DNA of 63,736 bases, the filler included, from Nemertoderma westbladi (taxonomy: Eukaryota > Animalia > Xenacoelomorpha), in NCBI GenBank assembly GCA_032718475.1. It is 4 parts of 4 records of this genome, joined end to end, with 100 filler letters (N's around TTAATTAATTAA, not from the genome) between each part and the next. Parts side by side here need not be neighbours in the genome. Positions count along the whole stretch, not along the records: positions 43,986 to 54,166 come from JAUCBJ010002709.1; positions 54,267 to 63,736 come from JAUCBJ010007232.1; 2 more parts are not named here. The stretch is one strand, 5' to 3'. The translations under genes were made by a program, and so were the position numbers. Below, piece by piece: positions 51,571 through 63,736 of this stretch (position 1 is its first letter; each line of letters opens with the position of its first letter). The notes under the pieces were generated by a model, which worked only from the letters and a program-made list of their open reading frames with translations, was not told the DNA's origin and searched no databases.

Positions 51571-53107
51571 ATTATTTTATCGAAGTATTTTATTTTCCAA
51601 TGGGATTCCATTAAATACGAGGTTAGAAATCTATTTTATTATTGTATTAGAATATACAGTAGGTAGAGGATATATTATATTGAATTATATTAATATTATT
51701 ATTTAAACTAGGAAAACTGTAATTAACTAAATTAGTTAATATATACCGGATAATATACTCAGACTTGCAAATAAATAACTTTATTTATTTTCTAACCGCG
51801 TTGGGTTTATTGAAGTTTAACTTTTGCAATATTGATAATTAATAACTCGAATATTTGTGGAACTCACATGTTTCAGAACAAATGGTTAATTTTTCATTGC
51901 AGATTAGATACAGAACTTGTTTTATTACAAATAAGTTGGAGTTATAGAATTTATAAAACAGAAATAAAATATTCCTATTTAATCCAATTCATACAAACAA
52001 GATAACCTCAACAGAGTTGTTTTAATTGGTTAGGTTTTTTTGCACAGCTACAGTACAGTAGCAGAGATTTAGACATGTTTCACACAGGCCTCGCGCGCTC
52101 TTATGTCAACATTTAATTCCAAGAGATTATACTCGTAGGGAAGATTGAACAGTGCCACCAGAGTGCGGCGCTTCGAGCAGTACGATGTCTAAATGACCCT
52201 TTATGTAGTAGTAAAGTCAGTGGATCTGGTCACTCCTCCTAGCGGCCGATAAATGAACTATAGAAGTCTATGTGTGTGTAAAATATCTACACTTTTGATA
52301 GTCTACATGTGTACCAAGTTTACCGCTACTACACAAACGATAACCTAGACTACGTGGCTCGCCCCAAATTCCGGGTCATCGTTAAATATATGTTTGTTTC
52401 CCTCAACAACACATCCCTCATTACCCTACAAATATAAATACCTTTGGCTACCAATTAAAGTCATACCAAAATCGATGAAAATTTCACCAAAAAAAAATTA
52501 TGTTACACCAATTTAAATGACAAAACCCCCAAAATTAATACAAATTTTCCCAAATACTTAATAATTAAATAATATAATATTCGCATATATTTATAATATT
52601 AATAATTTAATATTATTAATAATAATAAATACTTAAACCCTCAAAATAAATACGCAATCCCCCAAAATAAATACATATTTTCCCTAAAATAAATGCTTAT
52701 TCCCCCAAAATAATAAATTATTCTACCAGCCCATTCTGTACAAAACAGAGAGGTAAAGTCGCATTAGGTCCCAAAGAGCGTTAGGTCCCATTGCTATTTG
52801 AAGGAGCAGGTTAGTAAAGGAGCAGGTTACAGAGGGGTGTTGGGGGAACCAAAACAATAAACGAAAGTTAACATGTTACAATGATTATGCTGGTCTTTAT
52901 AATTGGGGTCTTTGTTTTGTACTCACCCGAGGATCGTCGGTATAATATGATTAAACATTTTGTTTGATATAGTAATGAATTTGTCTAAGTAAACTTTCCA
53001 TAAAATATTTGTTGGTGGGAGAATTGTTTTTGGTTGAAAAGTAATTATTTTAGGGAGATTGAATAATTGTTTTTGGTGTGAAATCATCTGATTTGGGGTG
53101 GCATTCA

Positions 53108-53312
53108 ATTAATAATAATAACAATAATATAATATTTATAGAGCGCACTTTCTTAAGTAACCTAAAGTTATAATAGTTCAAATGCGTTGTCTCTGGATTG
53201 GGATTCAGGCAAATGTCTCTTTGAAAAAATGTGTTTTCTATTCCTTTTTGTAGGCTGCAAGTGAGTTCTGGATGCGAAGACTGCGTGGTAAACTATTAAA
53301 TTAGTGGCGAAT
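53108..53312 (-). mobile_element. L2-like LINE 3' end
   Basis: The - strand reads FNSLPRSLRIQNSLAAYKKE*KTHFF, then GCGCTCTATAAAT and a (TTA)n tail. Confidence 0.65.
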
Positions 53313-54166
53313 ACCTTTTTGTAGGCTGCAAGTGAGTTCTGGATGCGAAGACTGCGTGGTAAACTATTAAATTAGTGGCGAATACCTTTTTGTAGGCTGC
53401 AAGTGAGTTCTGGATGCGAAGACTGCGTGGTAAACTATTAAATTAGTGGCGAATACCTTTTTGTAGGCTGCAAGTGAGTTCTGGATGCGAAGACTGCGTG
53501 GTAAACTATTAAATTAGTGGCGAATACCTTTTTGTAGGCTGCAAGTGAGTTCTGGATGCGAAGACTGCGTGGTAAACTATTAAATTAGTGGCGAATACCT
53601 TTTTGTAGGCTGCAAGTGAGTTCTGGATGCGAAGACTGCGTGGTAAACTATTAAATTAGTGGCGAATACCTTTTTGTAGGCTGCAAGTGAGTTCTGGATG
53701 CAAAGACTGCGTGGTAAACTATTAAATTAGTGGCGAATACCTTTTTGTAGGCTGCAAGTGAGTTCTGGATGCAAAGACTGCGTGGTAAACTATTAAATTA
53801 GTGGCGAATACCTTTTTGTAGGCTGCAAGTGAGTTCTGGATGCAAAGACTGCGTGGTAAACTATTAAATTAGTGGCGAATACCTTTTTGTAGGCTGCAAG
53901 TGAGTTCTGGATGCGAAGACTGCGTGGTAAACTATTAAATTAGTGGCGAATACCTTTTTGTAGGCTGCAAGTGAGTTCTGGATGCAAAGACTGCGTGGTA
54001 AACTATTAAATTAGTGGCGAATACCTTTTTGTAGGCTGCAAGTGAGTTCTGGATGCAAAGACTGCGTGGTAAACTATTAAATTAGTGGCGAATACCTTTT
54101 TGTAGGCTGCAAGTGAGTTCTGGATGCGAAGACTGCGTGGTAAACTATTAAATTAGTGGCGAATAC
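53243..54166. repeat. 71-bp tandem array, 13 copies up to the gap
   Basis: Unit CCTTTTTGTAGGCTGCAAGTGAGTTCTGGATGCGAAGACTGCGTGGTAAACTATTAAATTAGTGGCGAATA. Confidence 0.97.
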
Positions 54167-54266
54167 NNNNNNNNNNNNNNNNNNNNNNNNNNNNNNNNNN
54201 NNNNNNNNNNTTAATTAATTAANNNNNNNNNNNNNNNNNNNNNNNNNNNNNNNNNNNNNNNNNNNN
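54167..54266. other. Assembly gap
   Basis: 100-bp N run with a TTAATTAATTAA linker. Confidence 0.99.
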
Positions 54267-54772
54267 AAACAAACTACTGTATGTGCAGATTCTGAAACTG
54301 TTAGTTAGTATGCGTGCTAATACGGTAGTACGACTTATTCTTTAAGAGGGGATTGTCCTTACAGCGATGGCTGCCCCAACTTACTAACGGCACTTTATCA
54401 GACTTACTCTACACACGTAGCAATTCCTTCAGACCCAACAACAGTCAGACAACAATCCAGCCCACAAAATATCTGAATAATATTACGGTATCTGAACAGA
54501 CTATACAAACAATACAGGATAAACGCTGACGGACTACTATCAAGCCTAAATAAACTACAGTATATGCAGATTCCGAAACTCGTTAGCTAGTATGCGTGCT
54601 AATACGGTAGTACGACTTATTCTTTAAGAGGGGATTGTCCTTACAACTACGAGTTGCCCCAACTTGCTAACTGGCACTTTATCAGACCTCTACACACGCT
54701 GTAATCTTCAAGCCTAACAACAGTCAGACAACAGTCCAGCCTACAATGATCTGAACAATCTGAGCAGACTTA
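54267..54772. repeat. Diverged tandem duplication, about 280-bp period
   Basis: TAGTATGCGTGCTAATACGGTAGTACGACTTATTCTTTAAGAGGGGATTGTCCTTACA occurs near 54306 and near 54588. Confidence 0.88.
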
Positions 54773-55069
54773 CACGTCTTCAGCTCAATATTAACTTACT
54801 AGGAAATAAAACTGACAGAAATAAACCTAAGTAAAATCCCAATAAAAACCAGGCGTCCCCGATTTAGTATCAAGACCTACCGGTATACAATAATCAAAAT
54901 CGAATAATACTAATGTACTTGTACAGCAGTACCGGTTATGACAGTTGGGCCTACGGACCTACGGTAGTAGTACCGGTTATGACAGTTGGGCCTACTGACC
55001 TACTGGAGTGCCGGTATTTTCAATCTTATTGCTTACCGCAAATAAGATCGATAGCTATTATTGTACGCG

Positions 55070-55860
55070 CTTTTATAGACCGTCAGCAGTTTAACCTGCC
55101 GAAATTTATATGTCTTTATTGATAATCTGCCTTTTTTAAGATGATAAGATTTAATACAAAACAAACCAAAAACATTAGCCGAAGCCAGTCCATGCGCGTC
55201 CAAATGACCCGTTTATAACACCGGGAGACTGGATTCGTGGGCTTAAATTTATTTGCGGTCAAGCCTACTGTATTATTCGATTGATTACTAATAGATAATC
55301 TCTGACAAATATTATTCACTTTCGGGAAATATTAGCAGTTCCTTTTAGGACGTGGCGCTCTACCTATGTAAACAGAGTTATGACTGATACTACACACAAC
55401 GATATGGCTTAAATTTCAAGCATAGGGCGCATTCTTTAGGAATGCTTTATTATCAGATCCAATCACTTTACAATCACGCACGCTACCGGTAACGCACAAC
55501 ACTGCTCACTGATATGCCGACAGTTACTGACTTTGATCAGGTATAAAGAGATATGCACTGGACTCAGGTAGTGTCTGTCAAACAACATTAGATTCACTAC
55601 AAACACAATAATAAAGTCGCAATTATTGTACATAACCCTTCTCTCTAACCTGTAGTGTATCAAGGATATTGGGAAAATTGTGGGTTGATTATTGATATTC
55701 TTCAACTAATAACATCCAATTATACTGATACAAAATTACAAACAGTAAAAGCAGTATGACGGTAGGTTAAGATATAATTAGATTGCATTGAATCGTTTGT
55801 TTGATTGAATTGGGAAGATAATAGCTATGCTTTCTATAATTTAGCCTACTAATGTTCTTA
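55070..55860 (+). repeat. Unclassified interspersed repeat, copy 2
   Basis: Collinear with 38150-38930. Confidence 0.85.
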
Positions 55861-57734
55861 TAAAAGGCAGAAAACATTTCGCTATTTCAACACGGTCTTA
55901 AAACACTGATAATAAAGTCTCAAAATCATAACAAAAAGTCCCGTGACTTTAGCTCTCTTATTTTCCAAGAATCCCGTTCAACACATGTAATCAGCAGTGA
56001 GACAGGATAATTTCAGTTCAGTAGCTCGGGATTGGTCGAAATCAGAACTAACTCAACGCAGGGCTATGGGTAACTGGGGCAACCTTCCCAAGCCGGCTGT
56101 CCAATCGAACAGCTCAGATCCCTCCTAAAGGATTCCAACGCCTTGGAAGGGGGAACTGGTTAGCAAAGAAAACAAATCAGTCATATCCCAGAAAAACCTT
56201 TACAGTAGGTTTCAGAGTATTTTAGCGTATGGGGGAAAAACTGGGTTGCGGGGCGAAGGGCCAGTTACATCCCACAGAAGCTTTTACATATTTTGATCAA
56301 ATTATAGCACAACAAACAATGGCTAGTCAGCTAGTAGGCCTATCAATAAACAAACCTACTGTATAACTATACATACTGACATATATTGTTATACACACAT
56401 TATATATAGGGGCCTACTGATATATATACTGCTGTACTGTAGGTCTAATTAATTTCATAATTTATAGATTTACGAATTTTCAATTTAAAATTTAAGTACC
56501 GGTAATTAATTTATCACGGACAGACGGCCTGTCGCTGACGGCTAAAAATTACCTACAGTACATAACTCACTAACTGTCTAACTGTGGTAGAGGTGTGTAC
56601 TGTCTGACTGTAGGTAGCCTACCGCTACCGCTGTACCGTACGTGTACCAGTACTGCAGTACATTATGCTGACATTACTGCATTAATGGTACAGTGTACAA
56701 TCATAGCATTTTTACAACAATTTTTACAGTAGGGCCTATCTGTAATAGTCTGCTAGTCAGCCAGCTGGCCAGTACCAGTACTGCAGTACAGTCAGTCAGT
56801 CATTGCCTAAGTAAATACTGCAGTATTATGCTTGATATCATGGCCTACTACTATATTGAAGCTGTACTACAGTACTTATAGTGTAAATAATTGTTCAGAT
56901 TAGAATATTCACAAAATATAATACTTTATTAAAAAATTAACTCCGGCAATATTTTTACCGGAGCCGGAGCAGGAGCCGGAAATGCCAAAATGGCCGGAGC
57001 CGGAGCCGGAGGCCGGAGCTCCGATCGAGCCCTCCCTGCAAACATTTTGACGTTAATTTAACGTTAATTTACGTTAAGATTCTACCATACCAACGTTATT
57101 TTTTAACGTGCCCTTACGTTAAAATAATGTATTATTGGCTTTTTTTGATTGAATTGATTGAATTTTTTCCCATATAAAAATACATACTGCACAATACTGA
57201 AATAATATATATAAATCACAATTTACCGGTAATTTATTTTACATTGTTTTATGTAAATTATGTAAATTAATGGATGGTAATACATTTGTTTGAAATTATA
57301 TAATAAAATTGTCTTGCCTAGGTATCATAAATGGTCTAACTCTGTACAGTAGTTTACAATAAATCACGTGTACCGTATATACATACATTAAACTTGAAAT
57401 AAAATAAAATTTACAGTTTAAAATATATCTGTTACGTAGCTACAGTTTAAAAAGTAGTATCACATACGTACAGTAAAATTTATTTAACAAGGTACAATAA
57501 AATACGAACACGTAGCCTAGTTTAAAACTTATCACATATTATGTATAGTAAAATTAACTCGGAGTATCAGTACGTAACTACAGTTTAAAAAGTAGTATCA
57601 CATACATACAATGAAATTTATTTAACAAGGTACAATAAAATTTATTTAACAAGGTACAATAAAATACGAACACATAGTTTAAAACTTATCACATATGTAC
57701 AGTAAAATTAACTCGGAGTCTCAGTATAATTTTA

Positions 57735-57890
57735 TACAATAAAACAAGGTATACAAAATAAAACAAGGTAGACAAAATAAAACAAGGTAGACATCAATAA
57801 AACAAGGTAGACAAAAATAAAACAAGGTAGACAAAATAAAACAAGGTAGACATCAATAAAACAAGGTAGACAAAAATAAAACAAGCAGAA
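57735..57890. repeat. About 19-21-bp minisatellite
   Basis: AATAAAACAAGGTAGACA(AA/TC), about 7 copies. Confidence 0.88.
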
Positions 57891-57899
57891 CCTTAAAAT

Positions 57900-58775
57900 A
57901 AAAAACAAGTAGAAAATGTGCAATATTAGATTAAAATGGAGGGATAGCCTTATGAGGTTTCACCTCGTTTCCATAAGGGTCCCTGTGCTCTATGCGGCAG
58001 ACAATATTATTTGCACCAAAATTGTAATGAAAATGGAATGGCGCCAATGAAATGCTAAAAGTAACTGAAAAATACAATAAAAAATAGCAATAAATGCAAT
58101 AATAAAAACACTGTAATATATAAAATATAGCCTATAAAATAAATAATTATGAAGTTCAATAAAATACAATGTTTGTTATGTTAATTAATAATCATAATAA
58201 ATGTATTCATTTGCATTTTCGCTTAGCAGCTGCTGTAGGTAGTAGTCTTTGAGGTTGTGTTTGAACACTTCTAAAGTTTTCACGTTCGTTAAGCTTTGAG
58301 GCAGTTCGTTCCAAATTTTTGGGCCCAAGTAAGTGAACGCTTTCTTGCCGCAAACTGTCGTACAATGGGGGAGCGCAGCTGATGACTCAGTAGAACGCAG
58401 TGAGTGTGTTTGACAACGAAGGTTAACGAGGTCTGACATGTAATCGGGTGATATGTTGTTAACAATTTTGAACATATGTGATGCTATAACTGCCTTTATT
58501 CTTTCGTTTAGAGGGAGCCAATTTATTTCTTTGAAGTGTTGGATTCCGATATGTTCACGAGGACCGTAACCAAGGCAATATCTGACACATTTCCTCTGCA
58601 GTGCTTCCAATTGCTTACGAAGGCGTTGAGTTATGCTGTAAAACCAAGTAGATGCGGCGTAATCGATATGTGGTTGTATCAGTGTATTGCATAGCAAACG
58701 TCTTGTATAGTAGTCTAGTAATCCGCCATATCTATGTAAAAATTTCAATCTATTGTTACATTTCTTTATTACCTT
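57900..58775 (-). mobile_element. L2/Crack-like LINE 3' fragment with 3' UTR
   Basis: KFLHR..LCNTLIQPHIDYAASTWF..LQRKCVR..INWL..AFTYLGPKIWNELP..FKHNLKDY. The 3' UTR carries a structured motif at 57941-57983. Confidence 0.85.
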
Positions 58776-59019
58776 TGGCCGGGGTTACTACGTTAAAAAT
58801 ATACATAAATTTTACCCAAATCATACTAATTAACTCATGTCTGAAAATAACGTTAACAGCCGTATATTATGAACGTTATTTATAAACGTACCATTACGTT
58901 ATATTAACGTATTATTTATTGGCCGGGGTTACTACGTTAAATAAATACGTCAATAAAACGTTAATAAAAAACGTCACTAATACGTTATTTTTGATTCAAA
59001 AGCATAAAAAAGATCAAGT

Positions 59020-60268
59020 TTGAGATTTACTTCATGGAGCACAGTGGCAGTTAGTTGGTGGACCTGCCTGCACACACAAGGTTCCGTGATCTCCATGAAC
59101 CTCCGTGGCGGCAGCACACACGCAGTCGTCCCATCGCGGCACACGGCAACGGGCTGTGAGTGCTTCTCATATATGGGTCCATCCATATGGAACGCGCTGC
59201 CACCAGACATACGTAATGCCCTTTCTGTAGAGTCTTTTAAGCACCAGGTTAAACAACACCTTTTGAGTCAAGTAGTGCAGTATGAACATTCAATCTGGCA
59301 ATTGTAAATATTATTCAGTTATTCGGCAGTTTTATCAGTGATCTACACAGAATGTATTTGTCTGACATTTCAAAAATTTATTTTTATTTTTTAGTTCAAT
59401 TGTAATTTATTAACATATTTAGCGTTGTAAATAATATAGATACTGTAGTCACCAGACGGTTTTTTTTAGCCAAATTGTAATGTTTTCTTATTTATTTTAT
59501 TAATTTTGGATTCGGTATGGGGTTTTAAGATACTGTAGATTAAATACATTAACTATTTTCCAGTCTGAATGCTTGGTGCTTATTTTATTTTATTTTATTA
59601 ATTTATATTTATTTTAATTGAACTTACTTCTAGGTTTTGGTGTTCCATATTCGCCTGTTTCACTCTTTTTTTCTATCGCGCCAATCTTTAGTCTAAATAA
59701 TTAATTTTACTTCATGTGTTGTCTATCGCGCACTTTTTAACACTAATTTTAATTCACTTTTTTATATTGTACGCATTCTTAAATATTTAATTTTAATTTA
59801 TAAATAAATTTATGTAATTCCTACTTACACCTTATGTAATTCCTACTTATACCCTCAACATGTTGTGATTTTATTTAGTGCACATACAGGACTTCCCACT
59901 ATGTTTAATACCCGATTGTTCTTAAGCTAATATTTACTAGCTAGTTGTAATACCATTCGGATATTTTATCAAATTAATTTGTTATTTTTAAGTAATTTAC
60001 ACGCTGCGCTCACTTTAATGCTGTGCTTTTTAAAGGGACCTCCATGGAAACGAGGTTTATCCTCATGGAGCTATCCCTAACATTGTATGTCTACAAGATA
60101 TTCTATATTTTATTTATGAACTATGCACTATTCCTTTTTTTAAATTATAATATTATAGTCGATTCCAAATTATGCCGGTTATTAGTGTATTATGTTATGT
60201 TTTATATGTCTTACATTTTATATGGCTTATGTACAATGTTAATAAAAAACTTCAACTTCAACTTCAAG
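59020..60268 (+). mobile_element. Second L2/Crack-like LINE 3' fragment with a long 3' UTR and (CTTCAA)n tail
   Basis: CFSYMGPSIWNALP..FKHQVKQHL, an AT-rich UTR, the motif at 60035-60077, then AATAAA and CTTCAACTTCAACTTCAA. Confidence 0.8.
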
Positions 60269-61114
60269 GGACCTAACCCTAACCTACACAGCCTACGCCC
60301 CTACACCTACTATACCTTAGGAGTGGAACCTTCAATGCATTTAGGCAAACTAAATAGCGGATTATTTCTGAGAAGAATTATGAAGACTTTTGATCAATTG
60401 CTAAGAAATTTGTTTAGATTCATATAAAATACTATCACATACCTTATTTGGTTTCCACGTTAGATAAATCATTTGATTAAATTATTTAAATTTATTAGTT
60501 ATCAAACAATTTAATTGATAATTTAAAATTAAATTATAGGGAATTAATAACTATTTAGAGTCTGACGTCATTTAACGTTAGACTTGCGTTTCTTGCAGAC
60601 GCTGGGGGTAGAATGAAACCAATTTATGGTTTGTATTAACTACACTGTATATCAAACCTCACCAATCATTTAACGATGGTAACGAACGGTGTTTACATTA
60701 TTTAGCCACTGACACTGAATAAACGTATGCCGTTTTTATATAAATAATTGGCAGTCGAAAATTAACTTATTTAACAAATTTTGCCCGGAATAAAAAATAA
60801 TTCAAAGCTAAATTTACGGTATATCGGTAATATAAATCGGCATAACGTACTGTAATATTTATTGACTAAATAAACTTCAATAAGCAAAACTATGATTAAT
60901 AAACAAAACGATAACAAAACTACAGTATAAAAAAATAATACCAAAATTGAAAGAAATATTCAATATTGCATCGTTATAAATTCTATAACATTGCACATCA
61001 CAATAATATATTGAAGAACATGTAAACTAATTAATATTGCAGTTACAGTAGTTATATTATGGGAGTACAAATATTAAAATAAAGACCTAAGACCCAACAC
61101 CTTAAGACCAAAGA

Positions 61115-61480
61115 CCCTACAAAACTAAGAACCCCCCCCCCCCCCCATCCCCGCCCTGGTACAAAAGAAAATCACCCTGGTACAAAAGTAAGACCCCCTG
61201 GTACAAACGTAAGGCCCCCAGGTACAAACGTAAGACCCACCCCAGGTACAAAAGTAAGACCCCCAGGTACAAACGTAAGACCCACCCCAGGTATAAAAGT
61301 ATGACCCCTCCAGGTACAAAAGTAAGCCCCCCCCCCCAAGTAGATAAGTAAGACCCCCCTGGAACAAAAGTAAGACCCCCAGGTACAAAAGTAAGACCTC
61401 CCCCCTCAGGTACAAAAGTAAGACACCCCAGGTACAAAAGTAAGTCCCCCTGGTAGAAAAGTAAGACCACAAGGTACAAC
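61115..61480. repeat. About 22-26-bp minisatellite
   Basis: CCCCAGGTACAAAAGTAAGAC-type units, about 14 copies. Confidence 0.9.
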
Positions 61481-61888
61481 TTGAGAGATAGTTGCATGAC
61501 ACTGAATTACAACACTATATTCCGGTGGAACTGGTGCAATAAACATTAACGTGACTAAATTACATTACAATTTTCTATACAAAGAATGATTCTATTTAAC
61601 CAATGTCAGACGTTTTAAATTAACATTAAAAATCGATGTTAAATTTCAACGTTTGTTTAACTTTTGGGTTTAGTGATTAATGTACATGATTAAATTTAAC
61701 CAACATCAGACGTTTCAAAATAACGTTAAAAATGTATGTTAAAATTCAATGTCTGTTTAACGTTTGGGTTTAGTCATTATTATACATGATTAAATTTAAC
61801 CAATGTCAGACGTTTCAAAATAACGTTAAAAATTGATGTTAAAATTCAACGTAAGTTTAACGTTTGGGTATAGTTGATTTTAGACATG

Positions 61889-62730
61889 TGTGGCTGGCCA
61901 CGAGAAAAGGGACCTTATGTCACCGGAGGTCGATTTTGAGTTATTAGGCCTATGAGATGCAGAATTTTCCAGAGATTTTAACAAAAAAAACGGTGTCTCA
62001 ATATCTATTTCCAAAAAAAAGTTATAGCGATTTATGTCAAGGTGAATCGGGTAGCAAAAAAATTTTTATTAATAGCGGTTATACTGTAATAAGCGATTAT
62101 TAAAAAAAAATGGAAAATATTAATAATATCATAGCAATTCTTACTATATAGTTAGGCAACTCAATGTTATTCGGCTTTTTATACAACTTTTAACAATTCG
62201 AAACTAATATTGTTCATGAACTATTATAACAAAAATTTTGCAAAATTTTCAAAAAAACATGAAACCAAATTTTTTTTTTTAATTTAAAATTTTTTCAAAA
62301 AGATAAATTTTTTTAACAAAATTTAAAATTATTTGTATTTTGAATTCTTTATTGGGATTACAAAATTTAAGAACTATCGAAGATTAATTAAGAAAATGAC
62401 AGCCATATTGCATTTAAAAAATAACTGTAGGCCTACAGTACCTACATAATACAGTAGTACAATTACAATTTATTACAGTCCTAAATTAAGACTTGAAAAC
62501 CCTAAGACAGTGTTATATACAACACTGCAACATCTTATATTGCTTCCTGTAATTAGTTATTTCCTAGGTATATTGAATATCAGAACCAATTTGAATTTCC
62601 CTCATCGTTTTATACATTTCTAAATTGATAATCCAATTAAATTTGTTCAAAAATAGAGGGAAACTTTAAACGCGATTATCTCAGAATCAGGTTTTGCGAC
62701 ATAAGGTCCCTTTTCTCGTGGCCAGCCACA
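61889..62730. mobile_element. MITE with perfect 33-bp TIRs
   Basis: TGTGGCTGGCCACGAGAAAAGGGACCTTATGTC and its exact reverse complement, with TG on both flanks (possible 2-bp TSD). Superfamily not assigned. Confidence 0.88.
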
Positions 62731-63204
62731 TGTAGTTTTTAAACGATTATAAGACGTTAGAAAACGTTTGTTCTAAGTTATTTTTATAACTTTATTTTTC
62801 TAACCAAAAACAGACTAAAGTCTAACGTTAGATTAGCGTAATTAACGTAAAATGTTTGCAGGGCGCTAATAAGTACACTACACTGGCATACAGGCATACA
62901 CGTTTTGAATGCGTTTCTCACTCGTTTGTACTATTTTGTACTATTTTTATACTTTATTGTCCATTCTATGTAAAACTACAGTATATATCGAAAACTAGAG
63001 AATGTCAATAAATATTATCAGAATGTGAAGTGAAGTCTGCACTGCAAACCAACTTAAACCACCTAAAAAACATGAAGAAAACGAAACCAGTGAGATGACA
63101 ATGGTAATGCATTTACTGTACAGATTCGTGCATGACGGCATGACACTGAATAATCTGTTGTACCGGTCTGCCGTTAATTGAATCTGTTCAGAAGACTTCG
63201 GGCA

Positions 63205-63736
63205 GCATGTTGGATACTGAATCAATCCAATGAAACGTTTGAGACTGTGAGCGTGAGGCTTTCGCGCAGTATGTGAGATACTGAAACAAATCCGTTGAAA
63301 CGTTTAAGAGACCTTCATCTGTTCATGCTGCACGTACCAGCGTACGTGGGGTACTGTAACAATCTGTTGAAACGTTTAAGAGGCCATCGTGAGCAGCATG
63401 TTGGAATAGTTGGATACTGAAACAATCTATTGAACCGTTTAAGAGACCTTCATACAGCACGTGGCTGCGTGGGGTAGGTACTGTAACAAATCTATTGAAA
63501 TATTCAAGATACCTTCACGCAGTATATGGGATACTGCTATACTGAAACAATCCGTTGAAACGTTTAAGAGACCTTTGTGCAGCACATTGGATTCTGAAAC
63601 AATCAGTTGAAAGTCGTTTAAGAGAGCTTCAAGCAGCACTGCAGCATGTGCAACGTGGGGTACTGTACAAACAATCTATTGAAACATTTATGTTACCTTC
63701 GCGCAGAATATGGGATACTGAAATAATTCGTTGAAA
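63205..63736. repeat. Diverged tandem array, about 60-75-bp period, running off the window
   Basis: Recurrent ATACTGAAACAATC(C/T)(G/A)TTGAAACGTTTAAGAGACCTTC. Confidence 0.85.

Larger units (their letters stand above)
57033..62863. mobile_element. Non-autonomous EnSpm/CACTA-like element, about 5.8 kb, holding nested insertions
   Basis: TIRs CCCTGCAAACATTTT(G)ACGTTAATT at 57033 and AATTAACGTAAAATGTTTGCAGGG ending at 62863, with AACGTT-rich subterminal motifs. No clear TSD. Confidence 0.75.

Overview
AT-rich, intron-containing animal (invertebrate-like) scaffold with three 100-bp assembly gaps; nothing prokaryotic is evident. It holds two apparently intact host genes with unusual architectures. 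(1) A two-exon gene (9647-10505 + 16593-19807, about 1357 aa) that the ORF track splits in two. It encodes a WD40 propeller, an Apaf-1-like winged-helix segment, a Roc GTPase, COR and two CARDs: a Roco protein carrying apoptosome-type parts, and the best candidate here for an undescribed immune or cell-death system. (2) A two-exon receptor (47660-49156 + 49536-50480, about 813 aa) with signal peptide, LRR, an FN3 interrupted by a pentapeptide repeat, TM and a tyrosine pseudokinase. The rest is mobile DNA and repeats: an EnSpm/CACTA element with a spliced DUF4806-type gene, hAT and MULE MITEs with target-site duplications, a near full-length two-ORF LINE, RTE, L2/Crack and BEL/Pao fragments, and at least ten tandem arrays, including a 4.2-kb 30-bp satellite bracketed by splice signals. 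All domain and family calls come from reading motifs by eye; no searches were run.
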